The notes beneath the pieces were generated by a model. It searched no databases, was not told where the DNA came from, and saw only the letters and a list, made by a program, of their open reading frames with translations. A program made the position numbers and the translations under genes. Shown here one piece after another: positions 1 to 8,264 of a stretch of DNA of 64,000 nt; the stretch's first letter is position 1, and every line of letters starts with the position of its first letter. The stretch spans positions 1 to 64,000 of the IMG/VR virus record IMGVR_UViG_3300032116_000013. The stretch is one strand, 5' to 3'. The stretch is from a virus.

Positions 1-13
1 CTGAGATTTTGTT

Positions 14-709
14 ATGATTATTGGACTTGTCGGTAATATCGGAAACGGTAAAGGTACAGTTGCAGACATTCTTGTTGATCGCCATTCTTTCATTAAAGAA
101 AGTTTTGCCAACAGTGTGAAGGATGCCTGCGCTGCGATCTTCGGTTGGAATCGCAGTATGCTTGAAGGCGATACAGCGGGTTCTAGATCTTGGCGCGAGC
201 AAGATGATCCATGGTGGTCTAGAAAACTTGGTCGTCCGTTCTCACCAAGACTGGCATTACAATTAATGGGCACAGAGGCAGGTCGTGGAGTATTTCACCC
301 TGATCTCTGGGTTCATACAGTAATGCGTCGTTGCGATCGAGCGCCTCAGAATAATTATGTCATTGCTGATGTTCGTTTCCCAAATGAAATTCAAGCAATT
401 CGAGACTCTGGTGGCAAAATCATTCGCGTCAAGCGTGGACCTGATCCTGAGTGGTATTCTTGCGCATTTACTCAAAACACTACTGATGAAAATGATCTAT
501 GGATGCTTCAAGATTCAGAAGAACTCATGGAGCAAAAGTATCCACACGTTCATATGAGCGAGTGGGCTTGGATCGGTTCACACTATGACGTAGTGCTAGA
601 CAATAATTGTGATTTAGATACTCTAAAAATTAGAGTTGATTCTGTGTTGGATTCGTTATATAATAATCGTGTTGAAGCAAATGAGGTTGTAAATTATGAA
701 ACTTTCTGA
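14..709 (+). CDS. gp1: deoxynucleoside monophosphate kinase (T4 gp1-like)
   Basis: N-terminal P-loop GNIGNGKGT, SFANSVKD, and VIADVRFPNE motif typical of phage dNMP kinases. Confidence 0.9.
   Translation: MIIGLVGNIGNGKGTVADILVDRHSFIKESFANSVKDACAAIFGWNRSMLEGDTAGSRSWREQDDPWWSRKLGRPFSPRLALQLMGTEAGRGVFHPDLWVHTVMRRCDRAPQNNYVIADVRFPNEIQAIRDSGGKIIRVKRGPDPEWYSCAFTQNTTDENDLWMLQDSEELMEQKYPHVHMSEWAWIGSHYDVVLDNNCDLDTLKIRVDSVLDSLYNNRVEANEVVNYETF
636..664 (+). promoter_or_regulatory. sigma70-type promoter upstream of gp45
   Basis: TTGATT(636-641)-17 nt-TATAAT(659-664). Confidence 0.6.
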
Positions 710-1385
710 TAATACTGTGCAAGTCTTGAAAAACTTTTCTGGCATCAACCAGAGCCTCTTGTTCAAGCAGGGCAATAAACTCCGCACCATTTCCCCATTG
801 AGCACTATCTTTGTTGAGGCAACTGTTTCTGAGTCATTCCCCAAGGAGTTCGCTCTTTATGATCTGAACAAGTTGCTTGCTAAGATTTCTCTGTACAAGG
901 ATGCTGATCTTTCTTTTGAAGATGATCGCATCGGAATCATTGATTCTGGCAAGAAGAAGTCTGACAATATCAAGTATTGTTCTTCAAAGGTGATCAAGAC
1001 TCCGCCTGAGAAGGCTATTGCGCTTGGTGATGCTGATTGCTCATTCTCTCTATCACAAGAAGATCTTGAGTGGATGAAGAAGTCGGCTGGCATTTCTGGT
1101 TCACCCAATTTCGTTTTTGAGAGCGATGGAACAACCATCAAATTCACCGCAACTGATGTAAAGGATGATTCGGCTGACCAGTCGACCATCGAAATTGGTG
1201 CTGGTGATGAAAAGACAACTTTCAAGGTTGTAATGAAGGTTGAGAATTTCAAGTTGATGGATGGTTCGTATGATGTTGAGATTGCGAAGAAAGGTCTTGC
1301 CAAGTTCAAGCATAAGGAAATTGACATCACCTACTTTATCGCTATCGAAGCCGCTAGTTCAACCTTCGGCGAAGTTGGAGAATAA
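696..1385 (+). CDS. gp45: DNA polymerase sliding clamp
   Basis: MKLSDNTVQVLKNFSGINQSLLFKQG...EFALYDLNKLL matches T4-like gp45; synteny with gp44/gp62/regA. Confidence 0.95.
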   Translation: MKLSDNTVQVLKNFSGINQSLLFKQGNKLRTISPLSTIFVEATVSESFPKEFALYDLNKLLAKISLYKDADLSFEDDRIGIIDSGKKKSDNIKYCSSKVIKTPPEKAIALGDADCSFSLSQEDLEWMKKSAGISGSPNFVFESDGTTIKFTATDVKDDSADQSTIEIGAGDEKTTFKVVMKVENFKLMDGSYDVEIAKKGLAKFKHKEIDITYFIAIEAASSTFGEVGE

Positions 1386-1387
1386 TT

Positions 1388-1624
1388 ATGAAGATCGACA
1401 AGGCAAAGGTTCTCGGCTGTCTCCAAGAAATCTCAAACTCACTCACTCGCATCGAGTCAGAACGCGATCTAATCAAGGACATTCTACAGAAGATGCAAGA
1501 TGAGCATGAGATCCCTAAGAAGTTGTCACGCAAGTTGGCAAAGACTTACCACAAGCGTAATTTTGACGAAGAAGTCGCTCAACAGAACGATTTTGTCGAA
1601 GTTTACGAAACGGTGGCTAAATAA
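1388..1624 (+). CDS. dsbA: DsbA-like double-stranded DNA binding protein
   Basis: 78 aa; LIKDI...KLAKTYHKRNFDEEVAQQNDFVEVYETV resembles T4 DsbA. Confidence 0.7.
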   Translation: MKIDKAKVLGCLQEISNSLTRIESERDLIKDILQKMQDEHEIPKKLSRKLAKTYHKRNFDEEVAQQNDFVEVYETVAK

Positions 1625-1630
1625 GTCTAT

Positions 1631-1702
1631 TGGGGTGCTCTTTCATAGAGACGGCACAATCCGCCAGACTGCTCGCCGTGGGAGTTCACCTTCTCCACCC
1701 CA
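1631..1702 (+). ncRNA. candidate structured RNA, perfect four-way junction (tRNA-like cloverleaf)
   Basis: Helices 1631-37/1696-1702, 1638-41/1647-50, 1651-55/1675-79 and 1680-84/1691-95 abut with no unpaired junction bases; GC-rich intergenic island. Confidence 0.5.
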
Positions 1703-1722
1703 TCTTCTTTTGAGGTTTTGTT

Positions 1723-1935
1723 ATGAATGAAACTGAACAAAAAATAGAAGAATTAAACGAAAAACTACAAGACTGCTTAGTCATATTGACTCAAATAAAA
1801 ATACTTGAATTGACTACTGAGTCATCTCCAGATAAAATGCATGAAATTATGCGAAGATCTCAGATAATTGAGTCTTTAGTTACAACAATTAGAAATTGTT
1901 CTTTGACGGCAAAAAGGTTTAAAGGTTTGTTATGA
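1723..1935 (+). CDS. hypothetical protein (coiled-coil)
   Basis: 70-aa ORF, GAGG SD, in co-oriented gene run. Confidence 0.6.
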   Translation: MNETEQKIEELNEKLQDCLVILTQIKILELTTESSPDKMHEIMRRSQIIESLVTTIRNCSLTAKRFKGLL

Positions 1936-2093
1936 ATGATGAATTGAGACTATTGATCTGTATGATCATATTCTTTGCGTTTACAATCGCGAACGCATAT
2001 TTCTTTTGGCTTCCGCAGTCAGCACCCGCAGTTATGTTGGTGTTGGTGGCGGCGTTTTACTCTGTTATGGAGAGTAAAAAGAATATTGTTTAA
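1932..2093 (+). CDS. small membrane protein
   Basis: 53 aa MNDELRLLICMIIFFAFTIANAYFFWLPQSAPAVMLVLVAAFYSVMESKKNIV; ATGA overlap with upstream stop; not in ORF track. Confidence 0.6.
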   Translation: MNDELRLLICMIIFFAFTIANAYFFWLPQSAPAVMLVLVAAFYSVMESKKNIV

Positions 2094-2111
2094 TTTATTG
2101 AGAATTATATT

Positions 2112-2471
2112 ATGAATACTGAGATTACTTACAAAAAAACGCCACATGCTGTTTGTAACACAATATATGGTACTACAGGCGTAGATGTTATTCATGCCTG
2201 GTGTTTTGAAAACGATGATATTAATGATCGATTAGTAAAGAAGTGGATATCAAAGGCTCAATGTTATGTACAATCTGGTTTACAAGAGTTACCAGATTAC
2301 CTTTTTAAAGAAGCATATATCAGAAAATATCATGTAGATGTCTGGAATCAAAAAGCAAAAAACTACAGAATTTACAATAAATTCTTAACTAATTATGAGT
2401 TACAAAAATATTTTCAGGAGGAAGAATCTAATAAAGTTGCTGCTGATATTTTGATCAATAGTTTTGAATAA
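2112..2471 (+). CDS. hypothetical protein
   Basis: 119-aa AT-rich ORF filling the gap before gp44. Confidence 0.6.
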   Translation: MNTEITYKKTPHAVCNTIYGTTGVDVIHAWCFENDDINDRLVKKWISKAQCYVQSGLQELPDYLFKEAYIRKYHVDVWNQKAKNYRIYNKFLTNYELQKYFQEEESNKVAADILINSFE

Positions 2472-2482
2472 GGAGTTATATT

Positions 2483-3421
2483 ATGAATGAAGTGCTCTGG
2501 GTCGAAAAATATCGTCCGCATACTATTGCCGACTGCATCCTTCCTGAAGAATACAAGACCACATTCCAGTCATACGTGGATCGCAAGGAGATTCCTCATC
2601 TCCTTCTCTGCGGTGGTCCAGGAACTGGCAAAACCACAGTCGCTCGTGCGCTGTGTGATGAAATTGGTTGCGACTATCTGATGATCAACGGTTCGGATGA
2701 GAGTGGTATTGATACGTTCCGCGTCAAGATCAAGAACTATGCAAGCGCAATGTCTCTTGGTGGTGGTAAGAAAGTTATTATTATTGATGAGGCAGATTAT
2801 CTAAATCCAAATAGTACGCAGCCTGCAATGCGTGCAGCGATGGAAGAGTTTGCTCATAACTGTACGTTCATCATGACTTGTAATTACAAGAATCGTATCA
2901 TTGAGCCGCTGCATTCACGATGCGCTGTGATTGAATTCAAACTTCGCAAAGAAGATCGTCCGAAGATGGCTGCAGCGTTCATGCGTCGTGCTGCTGAAAT
3001 TCTAGCGAATGAAAAGATTCCTTATGACAAGGCAGTGCTCGTTGAAGTTGTCAAGAAACACTTTCCTGACTATCGCCGAGTACTGAATGAACTGCAGCGT
3101 TATTCGGTCAGCGGTAAGATTGATGCTGGTATTCTTACAACCATTGCTGATGTTTCACTCAATGATCTAGTGACTTCACTCAAGGATCAAAACTTCAGTG
3201 CGATGCGCAAGTGGGTTGCGGACTTTGGTGGTGATGATCCTGCAAAGATCTATCGTAAGATCTATGATAGTCTGTATGATATCATGGATAAGTCTACGAT
3301 TCCAAACGCAGTCGTTATTCTAGCAAAGTATCAATACCAGGCTGCATTTGTTGCCGATCAGGAACTGAATCTCACCGCATGTTTGACCGAAATGATGGTT
3401 GAGTGCAAGTTCAATGGCTGA
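2483..3421 (+). CDS. gp44: clamp loader large subunit (AAA+)
   Basis: LWVEKYRP, Walker A GGPGTGKTT, Walker B IIIDEAD, SRC motif. Confidence 0.97.
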   Translation: MNEVLWVEKYRPHTIADCILPEEYKTTFQSYVDRKEIPHLLLCGGPGTGKTTVARALCDEIGCDYLMINGSDESGIDTFRVKIKNYASAMSLGGGKKVIIIDEADYLNPNSTQPAMRAAMEEFAHNCTFIMTCNYKNRIIEPLHSRCAVIEFKLRKEDRPKMAAAFMRRAAEILANEKIPYDKAVLVEVVKKHFPDYRRVLNELQRYSVSGKIDAGILTTIADVSLNDLVTSLKDQNFSAMRKWVADFGGDDPAKIYRKIYDSLYDIMDKSTIPNAVVILAKYQYQAAFVADQELNLTACLTEMMVECKFNG

Positions 3422-3794
3422 CCTATTCAAAGAGATCATTCCGTCTATCCTGCAGACGAAAGAATATGCTCTCCTGACCGAACAGGACGAGAAGTCATAT
3501 TCAGCGTTTATGGTCAATCGTGCTTTATCGTATCACCGCGATACGGTCCTTTTGGCTAATGAAATGAACCGATACTCGACCCTTGACAATAAACTCAAGT
3601 ATGACTTTCTTATAAATATTGTAAGAGCCTCTAAGCGTCCATACAGTAAATGGCACAAAAAGGCTTCTAGCAGTGATTTGATTGCTGTCAAGGAATATTA
3701 TGGCTACTCCGATGCGAAAGCCGAGGAAGCATTAAAAATTCTATCTGATACTCAAATCACCGAGATAAAAAAACAATTATACAAGGGTGATTGA
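3414..3794 (+). CDS. gp62: clamp loader small subunit
   Basis: YSAFMVNRALSY...YDFLINIVR...KEYYGYSDAKA; follows gp44. Confidence 0.93.
   Translation: MADLFKEIIPSILQTKEYALLTEQDEKSYSAFMVNRALSYHRDTVLLANEMNRYSTLDNKLKYDFLINIVRASKRPYSKWHKKASSSDLIAVKEYYGYSDAKAEEALKILSDTQITEIKKQLYKGD
3611..3618 (+). promoter_or_regulatory. T4-type late promoter (inside gp62, upstream of regA)
   Basis: exact TATAAATA. Confidence 0.45.
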
Positions 3795-3795
3795 G

Positions 3796-4194
3796 ATGAT
3801 TGATAAATTAGTAGAAGTTACATTATCCAAGCAGGATGACTTCCTTAAAGTCCGCGAGACGCTCACTCGTATCGGCGTCGCAGCCAAAAACGAAAACATT
3901 CTTTACCAGTCTTGCCATATCCTCCATAAACAAGGAAAGTATTATATCGTCCACTTCAAGGAACTCTTTGAACTGGATGGTAAGCCAAGCAATATGTCAG
4001 ACAACGACGTCCAGCGCCGAAATACCATCGCCAATCTAATGGCTGAGTGGGGATTGGTGACGTTGGTGAATCCAGAAAAGACCAAGGACAATGTTGCGCC
4101 ATTGAGCCAGATCAAGATCCTTCCGTTCAAGGAAAAGGCTGATTGGCAGTTGGTGTCCAAGTATACAATCGGGAAGAAAAAGAAAGAGGCATAA
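3796..4194 (+). CDS. regA: translational repressor RegA
   Basis: DDFLKVRETLTRIGVA...LYQSCHILHKQGKYYIVHFKELF. Confidence 0.97.
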   Translation: MIDKLVEVTLSKQDDFLKVRETLTRIGVAAKNENILYQSCHILHKQGKYYIVHFKELFELDGKPSNMSDNDVQRRNTIANLMAEWGLVTLVNPEKTKDNVAPLSQIKILPFKEKADWQLVSKYTIGKKKKEA

Positions 4195-4197
4195 TTT

Positions 4198-4761
4198 ATG
4201 ATTCAATTGGGTATGTATCGAATGAGTGATGATGTGATTGTTCCGAGTTATGGAACTTCAATGTCAACTTGTTTTGATTTGAGTTTTTTCCCACTAGATG
4301 CAACGGTCAAGGGCTACGATCAACATAATAATCCGATTTCACAATACGTCAATGGTCATGGTGAGATTTCCATTTATCCTGGCGATCGCCTTTTGATCCC
4401 GACTGGAATTATTCTCAAGGTTCTACGAAACATGACCATTGAGACGTATTCTGATATTTCTAGGCATGATGTTCCTTTGAAGCACTATAGCATTCGCTTG
4501 CATGCGCGCTCTGGGCTTGCTCTCAAGAAGGGATTGGTTCTAGCCAATTCTGAAGGCGTGGTTGACGTTGACTATCAAGAACAGATTTTTGTCATTCTCA
4601 CAAACATTTCGTCCATGGGAACAGTGTTGAAGAAAGGCGATCGAATTGCTCAGGCTGAAGTGGTTTGCAATGAGCCATTTGAGTTTGTAGAGTTTGGAGT
4701 TGCTCCAGAGAAATATTCCGAAAGAGAAGGTGGATTTGGCTCCACTGGTGTCTCTGTCTGA
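4198..4761 (+). CDS. dut: trimeric dUTPase
   Basis: motifs RSGLALK, GVVDVDY, GDRIAQ, REGGFGSTG. Confidence 0.93.
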   Translation: MIQLGMYRMSDDVIVPSYGTSMSTCFDLSFFPLDATVKGYDQHNNPISQYVNGHGEISIYPGDRLLIPTGIILKVLRNMTIETYSDISRHDVPLKHYSIRLHARSGLALKKGLVLANSEGVVDVDYQEQIFVILTNISSMGTVLKKGDRIAQAEVVCNEPFEFVEFGVAPEKYSEREGGFGSTGVSV

Positions 4762-4769
4762 TATAAATA
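4762..4769 (+). promoter_or_regulatory. T4-type late promoter for hsp20
   Basis: exact TATAAATA immediately after dut stop. Confidence 0.8.
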
Positions 4770-4773
4770 GAAG

Positions 4774-4824
4774 TGGAATGCCCGATTGGGGTTCCATAAC
4801 TATAAACTTGCTTATTTAAGGAGT
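4774..4824 (+). promoter_or_regulatory. hsp20 leader: two hairpins, the second sequestering the SD
   Basis: TGGAAT-G-CCC/GGG-GTTCCA (4774-4796); ACTT-G-CTT/AAGGAGT (4806-4824). Confidence 0.5.
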
Positions 4825-4831
4825 AAACAAA

Positions 4832-5296
4832 ATGACAAATCTAAACGCACTATCATCTGTAAATTATGAGCGTTATCTTCCATCCCTTCTCGGATTCGAA
4901 AGCGCATTCGCCGCACTCGATAACGCCTCTCATCTACTAACGTCTGGCGCTTCTGCTTTTCCACCTGTGAACGTCGTCAAGAAAGACGAATATAATTTTG
5001 TGGTTGAACTTGCAGTTGCTGGATACAAACTAGATGAAATTGACATTACTGCAGAAAAGAACTCACTCAAAGTGTCTGGTAAGAAAACAGAAACCGATGA
5101 TCGTCAATATCTTGTAAAGGGTATTGCTGGTCGTTCATTCTCACGCCAGTTTGTTCTTTCTGATACAGTAGTCGTTCGTGGTGCTGAACTTGCTGATGGC
5201 ATTCTTTCTATTCAATTAGAGAACGTCATTCCTGAAGAACAGAAACCTCGTAAGATTTCAATTCAAAAGCCTGCGCTAATTACAGCAAAGGAATAA
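4832..5296 (+). CDS. hsp20: small heat shock protein Hsp20
   Basis: FPPVNVVK...ELAVAGY...KGIAGRSFSRQF...ADGILSIQLE alpha-crystallin domain. Confidence 0.95.
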   Translation: MTNLNALSSVNYERYLPSLLGFESAFAALDNASHLLTSGASAFPPVNVVKKDEYNFVVELAVAGYKLDEIDITAEKNSLKVSGKKTETDDRQYLVKGIAGRSFSRQFVLSDTVVVRGAELADGILSIQLENVIPEEQKPRKISIQKPALITAKE

Positions 5297-5312
5297 CTGA
5301 GTAAACTATATT

Positions 5313-5795
5313 ATGAATTATGATGAACTCTCGTGGGATGAATTGTTTATCTTACAGGCTGCTCTGATTTCTCAGAAAAGCAAGGATCCGTCGACAAAGG
5401 TGGGGTGTGTAATCGTCAATGATGATAACGTCATCTTGTCGACGGGTTTTAATGGCTTTCCTCGTGGCATCGAAGAAGATTGGAAAGATCGCTGGAAGCG
5501 CCCAGAAAAGTATCACTGGGTAGAGCACGCTGAACGTAACGCAATCTTCAATGCCGCTCGCGTTGGAGTTTCTCTCAACAACTCCCGCGCATATCTAAAC
5601 TGGGAACCGAAACCCTGCGCTGATTGCACACGCGCATTGATTCAGGCTGGCATCAAGGAAGTCATCGGACCAAACCGAAAGTTTACTGGGGCTGGTGCAG
5701 GTAAGCATTACTCGATCGACCACGCCGAAACCATGCTCCGCGAGGCAGGAGTTAAGATACGTTATTATGATGTAAACATGCCGTTAGAACCATAG
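5313..5795 (+). CDS. cd: dCMP deaminase
   Basis: SKDPSTKVGCVI, GFNGFPRG, HAERNAI, PCADC zinc motifs. Confidence 0.92.
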   Translation: MNYDELSWDELFILQAALISQKSKDPSTKVGCVIVNDDNVILSTGFNGFPRGIEEDWKDRWKRPEKYHWVEHAERNAIFNAARVGVSLNNSRAYLNWEPKPCADCTRALIQAGIKEVIGPNRKFTGAGAGKHYSIDHAETMLREAGVKIRYYDVNMPLEP

Positions 5796-5802
5796 GTGAT
5801 AT

Positions 5803-6405
5803 ATGAAAGGTGAATGGTGTTATTGGAACTATGCGTTTACTGTAGAAGAATGTAATCAAATTATAGAACTTTGTAAAAATCTACCAGAACAGTTGGCAAC
5901 TATAGGAATAAATTCGCAGATACCGCAAGATCTACAAAAATTGACTGATGCATATAGGAAAAGTATTGTAAGATGGATTGATAATACAACAAATCCTGAG
6001 TTTGATTGGGTGTATGATAAAATTTGGAATGTGACAAATAGAACCAATAGAGACTGGTTTCACTTTAATATAACAACTCTACCGCCTATGCAATTTACTG
6101 AATATGATGAAAATTATAAAGGTGAATATAAAATGCATCAGGACGTATTTTGGTTAACAAATACTAATAGGCACCGCAAACTATCAACTATAATTCAGCT
6201 AACAGATGAATCGAGTTATGTTGGAGGCGATCTAAAATTTCATCAGTTAACTGGATCACTTCCTACAGAACAAGATTATGCAAATATGAGAAAAATCGGA
6301 ACAGCAATCACCTTCCCGTCATTTATAAATCACCAACTAGAACCTGTGACCAAAGGAACAAGATATAGCCTAGTTGCTTGGTTCGAAGGACCGAAGTTCC
6401 AATAG
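5803..6405 (+). CDS. 2OG-Fe(II) oxygenase (PKHD/prolyl hydroxylase-like)
   Basis: HQD...RKLSTIIQL...YVGGDL...FPSFINHQLEPVTKGTRYSLVAW. Confidence 0.88.
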   Translation: MKGEWCYWNYAFTVEECNQIIELCKNLPEQLATIGINSQIPQDLQKLTDAYRKSIVRWIDNTTNPEFDWVYDKIWNVTNRTNRDWFHFNITTLPPMQFTEYDENYKGEYKMHQDVFWLTNTNRHRKLSTIIQLTDESSYVGGDLKFHQLTGSLPTEQDYANMRKIGTAITFPSFINHQLEPVTKGTRYSLVAWFEGPKFQ

Positions 6406-6425
6406 AGCCATATTGGGCTTCTCTA

Positions 6426-6453
6426 CCCCAAACCCTATACCCTATCCCTACCC
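6426..6453 (-). other. canonical G-quadruplex motif on minus strand
   Basis: minus strand GGG-TA-GGG-ATA-GGG-TATA-GGG-TTT-GGGG. Confidence 0.6.
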
Positions 6454-6503
6454 GAAAACCGACCCGCTGCAAACCGATTGCAGGAGGTTTTACACACTTT
6501 GTG

Positions 6504-6569
6504 CAAGTTATTGATTCTATTAGAGTTTTTACTATTGTGTTTTTTCGTTCTATAGGCTATAATTGTCTT
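6504..6569 (+). promoter_or_regulatory. early promoter cassette 1 (IHF site + sigma70, leaderless)
   Basis: revcomp AATCAATAACTTG (6504-16) = WATCAANNNNTTR; TTGTGT(6535-40)-17-TATAAT(6558-63); ATG 6 nt later. Confidence 0.75.
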
Positions 6570-6839
6570 ATGAAATATGAAAACGCTGTGAAAATTGGTG
6601 ACGTGGTCAAGTCCCTGGACTTCGTTGGTATCAATGACTGCTACTATGTCGGTCTCGTTGTGGGCGTCAGCAAGATGGACGGTACGTTCCGCGCCAAGAC
6701 CATCAAGCGTGTGTGGCGCGGTGAGGTAGATTATAAGAAAATCTACAATGACTTCTTCGTTGCTCCGCTTCCTGGCAATCATCTTCTGGATGATCTGGAA
6801 GAAAATATTCGCGACCCTCGCATTCAGGTGGTTGCGTAA
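6570..6839 (+). CDS. early hypothetical protein
   Basis: MKYENAVKIGDVVKSLDF...; start set by leaderless promoter geometry rather than the track start at 6378. Confidence 0.75.
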   Translation: MKYENAVKIGDVVKSLDFVGINDCYYVGLVVGVSKMDGTFRAKTIKRVWRGEVDYKKIYNDFFVAPLPGNHLLDDLEENIRDPRIQVVA

Positions 6840-6902
6840 GTTATTGATTCTTAACGGTTTTTTACTATTGAGTTTTTTCGCTCTGTAGGCTATAATATTC
6901 TT
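6837..6902 (+). promoter_or_regulatory. early promoter cassette 2 (direct repeat of cassette 1)
   Basis: revcomp AATCAATAACTTA (6837-49); TTGAGT(6868-73)-17-TATAAT(6891-96); ATG 6 nt later. Confidence 0.75.
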
Positions 6903-7118
6903 ATGAAAATCGAAAACACCCCATATTACGAAATGTTCTCTGACGGCGGCAATGCTGCGGTTCATGAGGTTGTCGAAATTGCTCGGCTCCACGAAATTCC
7001 TTGGAATCAGGTTCAGCGAATGTTGAACGATCTTAGCAAAATCGAAATCTACAGCGAAGCGTCTGATACCGCAGTTCGCGAGGCAGTTTACTTTGCTCTT
7101 TTTGCGGAGGTTGCGTAA
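6903..7118 (+). CDS. early hypothetical protein
   Basis: 71 aa; leaderless start. Confidence 0.75.
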   Translation: MKIENTPYYEMFSDGGNAAVHEVVEIARLHEIPWNQVQRMLNDLSKIEIYSEASDTAVREAVYFALFAEVA

Positions 7119-7252
7119 TGAATTACACCGTTCTGTATTCTACTTTTCGCCGTCGGTCTGCCGAGCAGTATATGTCCGAGCGCAACATTCCCAACAGTGT
7201 GCTTTGGCTTAACGGCTCAGGCGAATGGCAAGTTCGCGTCTATTCGGAGTAA
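7118..7252 (+). CDS. small hypothetical protein
   Basis: 44 aa MNYTVLYSTFRRRSAEQYMSERNIP...; TAATG coupling, GGAGG SD. Confidence 0.6.
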   Translation: MNYTVLYSTFRRRSAEQYMSERNIPNSVLWLNGSGEWQVRVYSE

Positions 7253-7257
7253 CATAA

Positions 7258-7605
7258 ATGCCCAAGAAGATTGCAGTAAATCTAAACGAAATCGGCAATT
7301 CCTGCTACGCAGTATTGTGTCCGAGCGTTGGGTATCTTAAGATTGTGTGGGAGCAAGTTCAATTCGAAAAGAACATACCAAGAGCGAGCGGCATCTTCAA
7401 TACTGAAGCGGAGGCGCAAGTTGCTTTGACAAATGCAATTGAAAACGCCGACAAAGAATATAAAAAAGAACTCGAGAACGAAGAGCGCGACAAGCGATTT
7501 GGTCGTTGGGTTCCTGGACTTTCTTTTGTAAAACGAAGCAAGGAAACACTCGATAATGCCAAGAGGGCGATAATCGTGAAGATTGGTGTAACAGCAGTTT
7601 CTTGA
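7258..7605 (+). CDS. hypothetical protein
   Basis: 115-aa ORF, GGAG SD. Confidence 0.65.
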   Translation: MPKKIAVNLNEIGNSCYAVLCPSVGYLKIVWEQVQFEKNIPRASGIFNTEAEAQVALTNAIENADKEYKKELENEERDKRFGRWVPGLSFVKRSKETLDNAKRAIIVKIGVTAVS

Positions 7606-7619
7606 TGAGGGATGGTAGA

Positions 7620-7844
7620 ATGAAAAAGCATACCGAAACGATTCTTTCTGAAGCAATTGATCTTGTGAGTGGCGTTGATCATGTTCTTTGTAATACGCAG
7701 ACACATTTTCAACTTAACTCTAAAAATTGTTACGATTTCGCGGAACGTCTTGAGCGTGCACGAAATCTTCTACTGGTGATTGGTGATCGCAAGCATCAAG
7801 ATGAGTTGAACAAAATTTCCATGCCTGAAGGAGTACCGTTCTAA
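7620..7844 (+). CDS. hypothetical protein
   Basis: 74 aa from ATG 7620, GAGGG SD. Confidence 0.6.
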   Translation: MKKHTETILSEAIDLVSGVDHVLCNTQTHFQLNSKNCYDFAERLERARNLLLVIGDRKHQDELNKISMPEGVPF

Positions 7845-8065
7845 TGGGGTACTATAAAAATTTAGAATTTGATGTCATTCAAATGTACAAGGAAGATGGT
7901 CTACGCGAAGTTGAGATCGCAAAGGTCACTGGTCTTTCGTTGACACAGATTCACGAGGTTCTCTCAGCGTATGAGCGCCGAGAGATGGATTATGATGAGT
8001 CCGATGAGATCGTCAGTTACGACGATCTCTCATTTGAACCCTCGGAGCCTGAAGATTATGAATAA
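7844..8065 (+). CDS. hypothetical protein (possible HTH, acidic tail)
   Basis: GLREVEIAKVTGLSLTQIHEVL HTH-like segment; TAATG coupling. Confidence 0.6.
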   Translation: MGYYKNLEFDVIQMYKEDGLREVEIAKVTGLSLTQIHEVLSAYERREMDYDESDEIVSYDDLSFEPSEPEDYE

Positions 8066-8264
8066 TGAAGTTGTATATCACCTGAAGGCACTTCGCGATC
8101 TTGGTTTTGCTGTTGTTGCTTTCACGCCTGAAGAATTGCGTGGTGCGGAGCCTGATCATGTTGAAGATCGTCTAATCGAAATTGGCTGGGATGTGATTGA
8201 CGCTTTGGCAACTGAACATCCGCATGAGCCTCATCAAATGCATTTTGATGGAGCACACTACTAA
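8058..8264 (+). CDS. hypothetical protein
   Basis: 68 aa; overlaps upstream stop. Confidence 0.6.
   Translation: MNNEVVYHLKALRDLGFAVVAFTPEELRGAEPDHVEDRLIEIGWDVIDALATEHPHEPHQMHFDGAHY

Noticed and set aside
1631-1702. Canonical tRNA gene
   Set aside because: 19-nt anticodon loop, no positions 8-9 or variable region, no GG D-loop, and T-loop not TTCRANY
6378-6569. Upstream extension of ORF 6378..6839 and the minus-strand ORF 6435..6992
   Set aside because: They run through the G4 and promoter repeats; low-complexity translation; the leaderless start at 6570 explains the gene
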